Assembly: GCA_000934665.2 (NCBI GenBank)
Contig: KZ538814.1
Location: forward strand, 62,001-126,000
Reading direction: 5' to 3'
DNA from: Catajapyx aquilonaris
Taxonomy: Eukaryota
DNA length: 64,000 bases
Shown: in pieces, positions 61,617-64,000 of the stretch
Numbering within the stretch: the first letter of the stretch is position 1
Layout of the letters: the number at the start of each line of letters is the position of its first letter
Translations under genes and position numbers: made by a program
The notes under the pieces: model-generated
What the model was told of the DNA's origin: nothing
The model's input: only the letters and a program-made list of their open reading frames with translations
The model's database searches: none

Positions 61617-64000
61617 TGTGCCTCCAAAGTTGCCTTACCTCTTCACAAGTGAGAACAAGATCAAATTTAATTCATACTTAACTTAAAGTCACGTGTAACT
61701 TGACATCAACATGGCAATATACACTACCAAATATGCTATGCGCGATATAACTATTTTGGAACTTGTAAAATCGTCAAATTATTGATACCAAATCACTAAA
61801 ATGTACTCTCGGCCAAATATTAGTACGACTTTTCCTTCGGTGTGCCAATGTCACTGCATTGAATTTCTACCTCTACTTCACTCTGTCACTCTTGCACTCC
61901 AACGCCTATTCCTCCACCACCTCCACCAACCATTCCAACATAGCAAAATTGTCAATGTGGTGCAGAGGTTGTGACACAGTGTAGTGTCAGAATACAAAAG
62001 GAAAAACCATTGATCCGCAACAATGTATGGTCGATGGCACATAGTAGGCCTATACATCGCATCATATTCGCACATGTTTGCTTTGTCCAATATGAGGACA
62101 CTTGATTCGAGTCGCCTCCAGATGAACCAAGATGGGCGGTGGACGTGTCGATATCGTCGCAACGGCAAATGTCGAGTCAACGGGAAAGGGTGCCTGGCCA
62201 CAAAAAGGTACAGCGACACTAAATTCTGTCCTACGAGTGACGATAACCAATATTCACGCTGTAGATTGCACGAGAGTATTCAAAGGCACTATGGCAACGC
62301 TGCATGATCGTCGATGTCGCCAGTTACCGTCGTTGGCGAGGACATTTGTGATTGTTCCACACTTGCTTTAGGCCATGTCCAGACTTGACATATTGTTGTC
62401 CTATGTCGATATGCCCACTATATCGTGTCGAGTGTGAACAGTATGGAATGTGAGATATTTTAGTTGGTGTGGGCATTATGCTTGACTTTTCACGTCGTAA
62501 CTTCATATAGGTGTCTGTTGCGGTACAGACACTGGAATTAAGATATTTGATGACGCATAGGTGTGCTATTTTGAGGTTACCCGTGATGGCAAGTTGCAAG
62601 CATGTATAAGCAAATAACTTGTGTGGGTGTCCATAGAAGCTGGCTAGAGAAACAGGCCATTATCGGTATTCCAGCAGCAACATGAAGTACAAACCTAATG
62701 TACTGTAATTTTTCTCCGCAAATTAGCAAATCCAAATGAATGAATCATGTGAATGAGTAGCATGCACGTTTTAATTAGGCGAATGTTTATACCTTGAAAA
62801 ATTCACGTCTAGTCAGGCGAATTGTATTGTGCGTATAAAAAGTGCACATGTAACACGCATGAGCAGGTCAATACTTTTACGTGCTAATACATCGAAGTTC
62901 AAACTTGGAAAGAATTAAAGCTACATTTCACTCTGCATGAATGAATTTTAATTTCTCATCAGCAGAAGTTGCTTATTACGGCGAAATAGGACTACAAGGT
63001 GCATGAGCAACAAACTTGTTTTACAATGTGAAGTGCATTTTGAATACATTACGTCATTTACCAATTCACCCTCCACCGAGCAACTCTTCACGTGTGTCTT
63101 TCACTCCATCGATTTCATTGTCACTGATATAATACTGCAGCCTGTCCTTTGGAGTAAAATCAAAATTTTACATTTACTGCATACTTCAAGGGGGTTCATA
63201 TTAACTTGTGTAAAGCCATGTTACTTTATTCACATTTTCATTGTATTAGAAAGTAGTGTGCACAGGCCATCACAATAATACGAAAAGTAGCCTACCCATA
63301 ATTCAAAATTGAGATGAAAGTGGATCCTTCAATTTTGTACTTTGCTAAATTGACAGTTTGCCTGAGTTTTCACCTTCTACAAGCTTACCTTAGCACTATC
63401 CTTGAAATCAGACTTTGCTAAAAGCCTGGTGGTACGTCAGCAGCCTGATGGTTAGCCCTTCGACCTTCACGTGCGATGGTAGACTACGGAAGTTATTGTT
63501 ACATCAGCGATGAAAGTGACATTTGGTCAAGTCTGCTTTGTAATATGAAACCCTAAAAAAGAATAATTATTAAATTCGGCTTATGGAAAAATGGGATAAG
63601 TGCAAAAAAATGAATATTTTCAAAATATTCTCGGACCAAGATAGTTTATCCACAATTTTCAATCAAATAGACTTATTATAATAATGCTAACTAATGTTTA
63701 CCTTCCTGTTTCGGTAAAAAAAGTAATTTTGTCCAGCACAAATGATCAATGAATCGCATTATTTTACAAATTGGGCAAAATATGAACGTTAGTTTTCTCA
63801 TGGGAATTTGTAACAACTTCCTATAACTTGTATGAAACAATGTGCAATTATTTGAAACAAGTTGTGTCGGTGGTTTTAATACATTTCTGCACTTGTAGCC
63901 ATGTTCATTGCCACAGAGAAGGTGACACTCGAAAAAAATCAAAGGTACGAGTCACAGTAGGTCAGAAATCCGTTAACAACACAAAAGAAAAGGTTCAAAA

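Noticed and set aside
1..64000. Homeobox, conserved miRNAs (miR-10, let-7, miR-100 and others), rRNA, CRISPR array
   Set aside because: Looked for by eye and not found. The repeats present are not regularly spaced repeat-spacer arrays. A short or diverged ncRNA could have been missed.

Overview
Eukaryotic (metazoan) genomic DNA, probably a marine invertebrate such as an echinoderm; that assignment is inference from the V-type SINE, the (ATT)n-tailed retroposons and frequent TAGGCCTA. None of the ORFs in the six-frame track looks like a real protein, so the window reads as intronic or intergenic. It contains GC-richer promoter/enhancer-like islands (about 3-4.3, 16.7-21.9, 23.9-25.4, 42.7-44.4, 48.4-49.4 and 56.5-58.1 kb), a few candidate small + strand exons, tRNA-derived SINEs, several palindromic MITE families, a ~600 bp foldback, microsatellites and three assembly gaps. 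The standout is three full-length tRNA-Glu-type genes (50126, 59705, 61451). Each sits inside a copy of the same ~500-550 bp element, which has CACTG...CAGTG terminal inverted repeats in the two complete copies. The tRNA stems are preserved while the surrounding element has diverged. The tRNA is bracketed by a short direct repeat and a co-varying leader/trailer stem, and one copy has its anticodon shifted from TTC to TTT. All alignments were done by eye. No CRISPR array, rRNA or prokaryotic system is visible.
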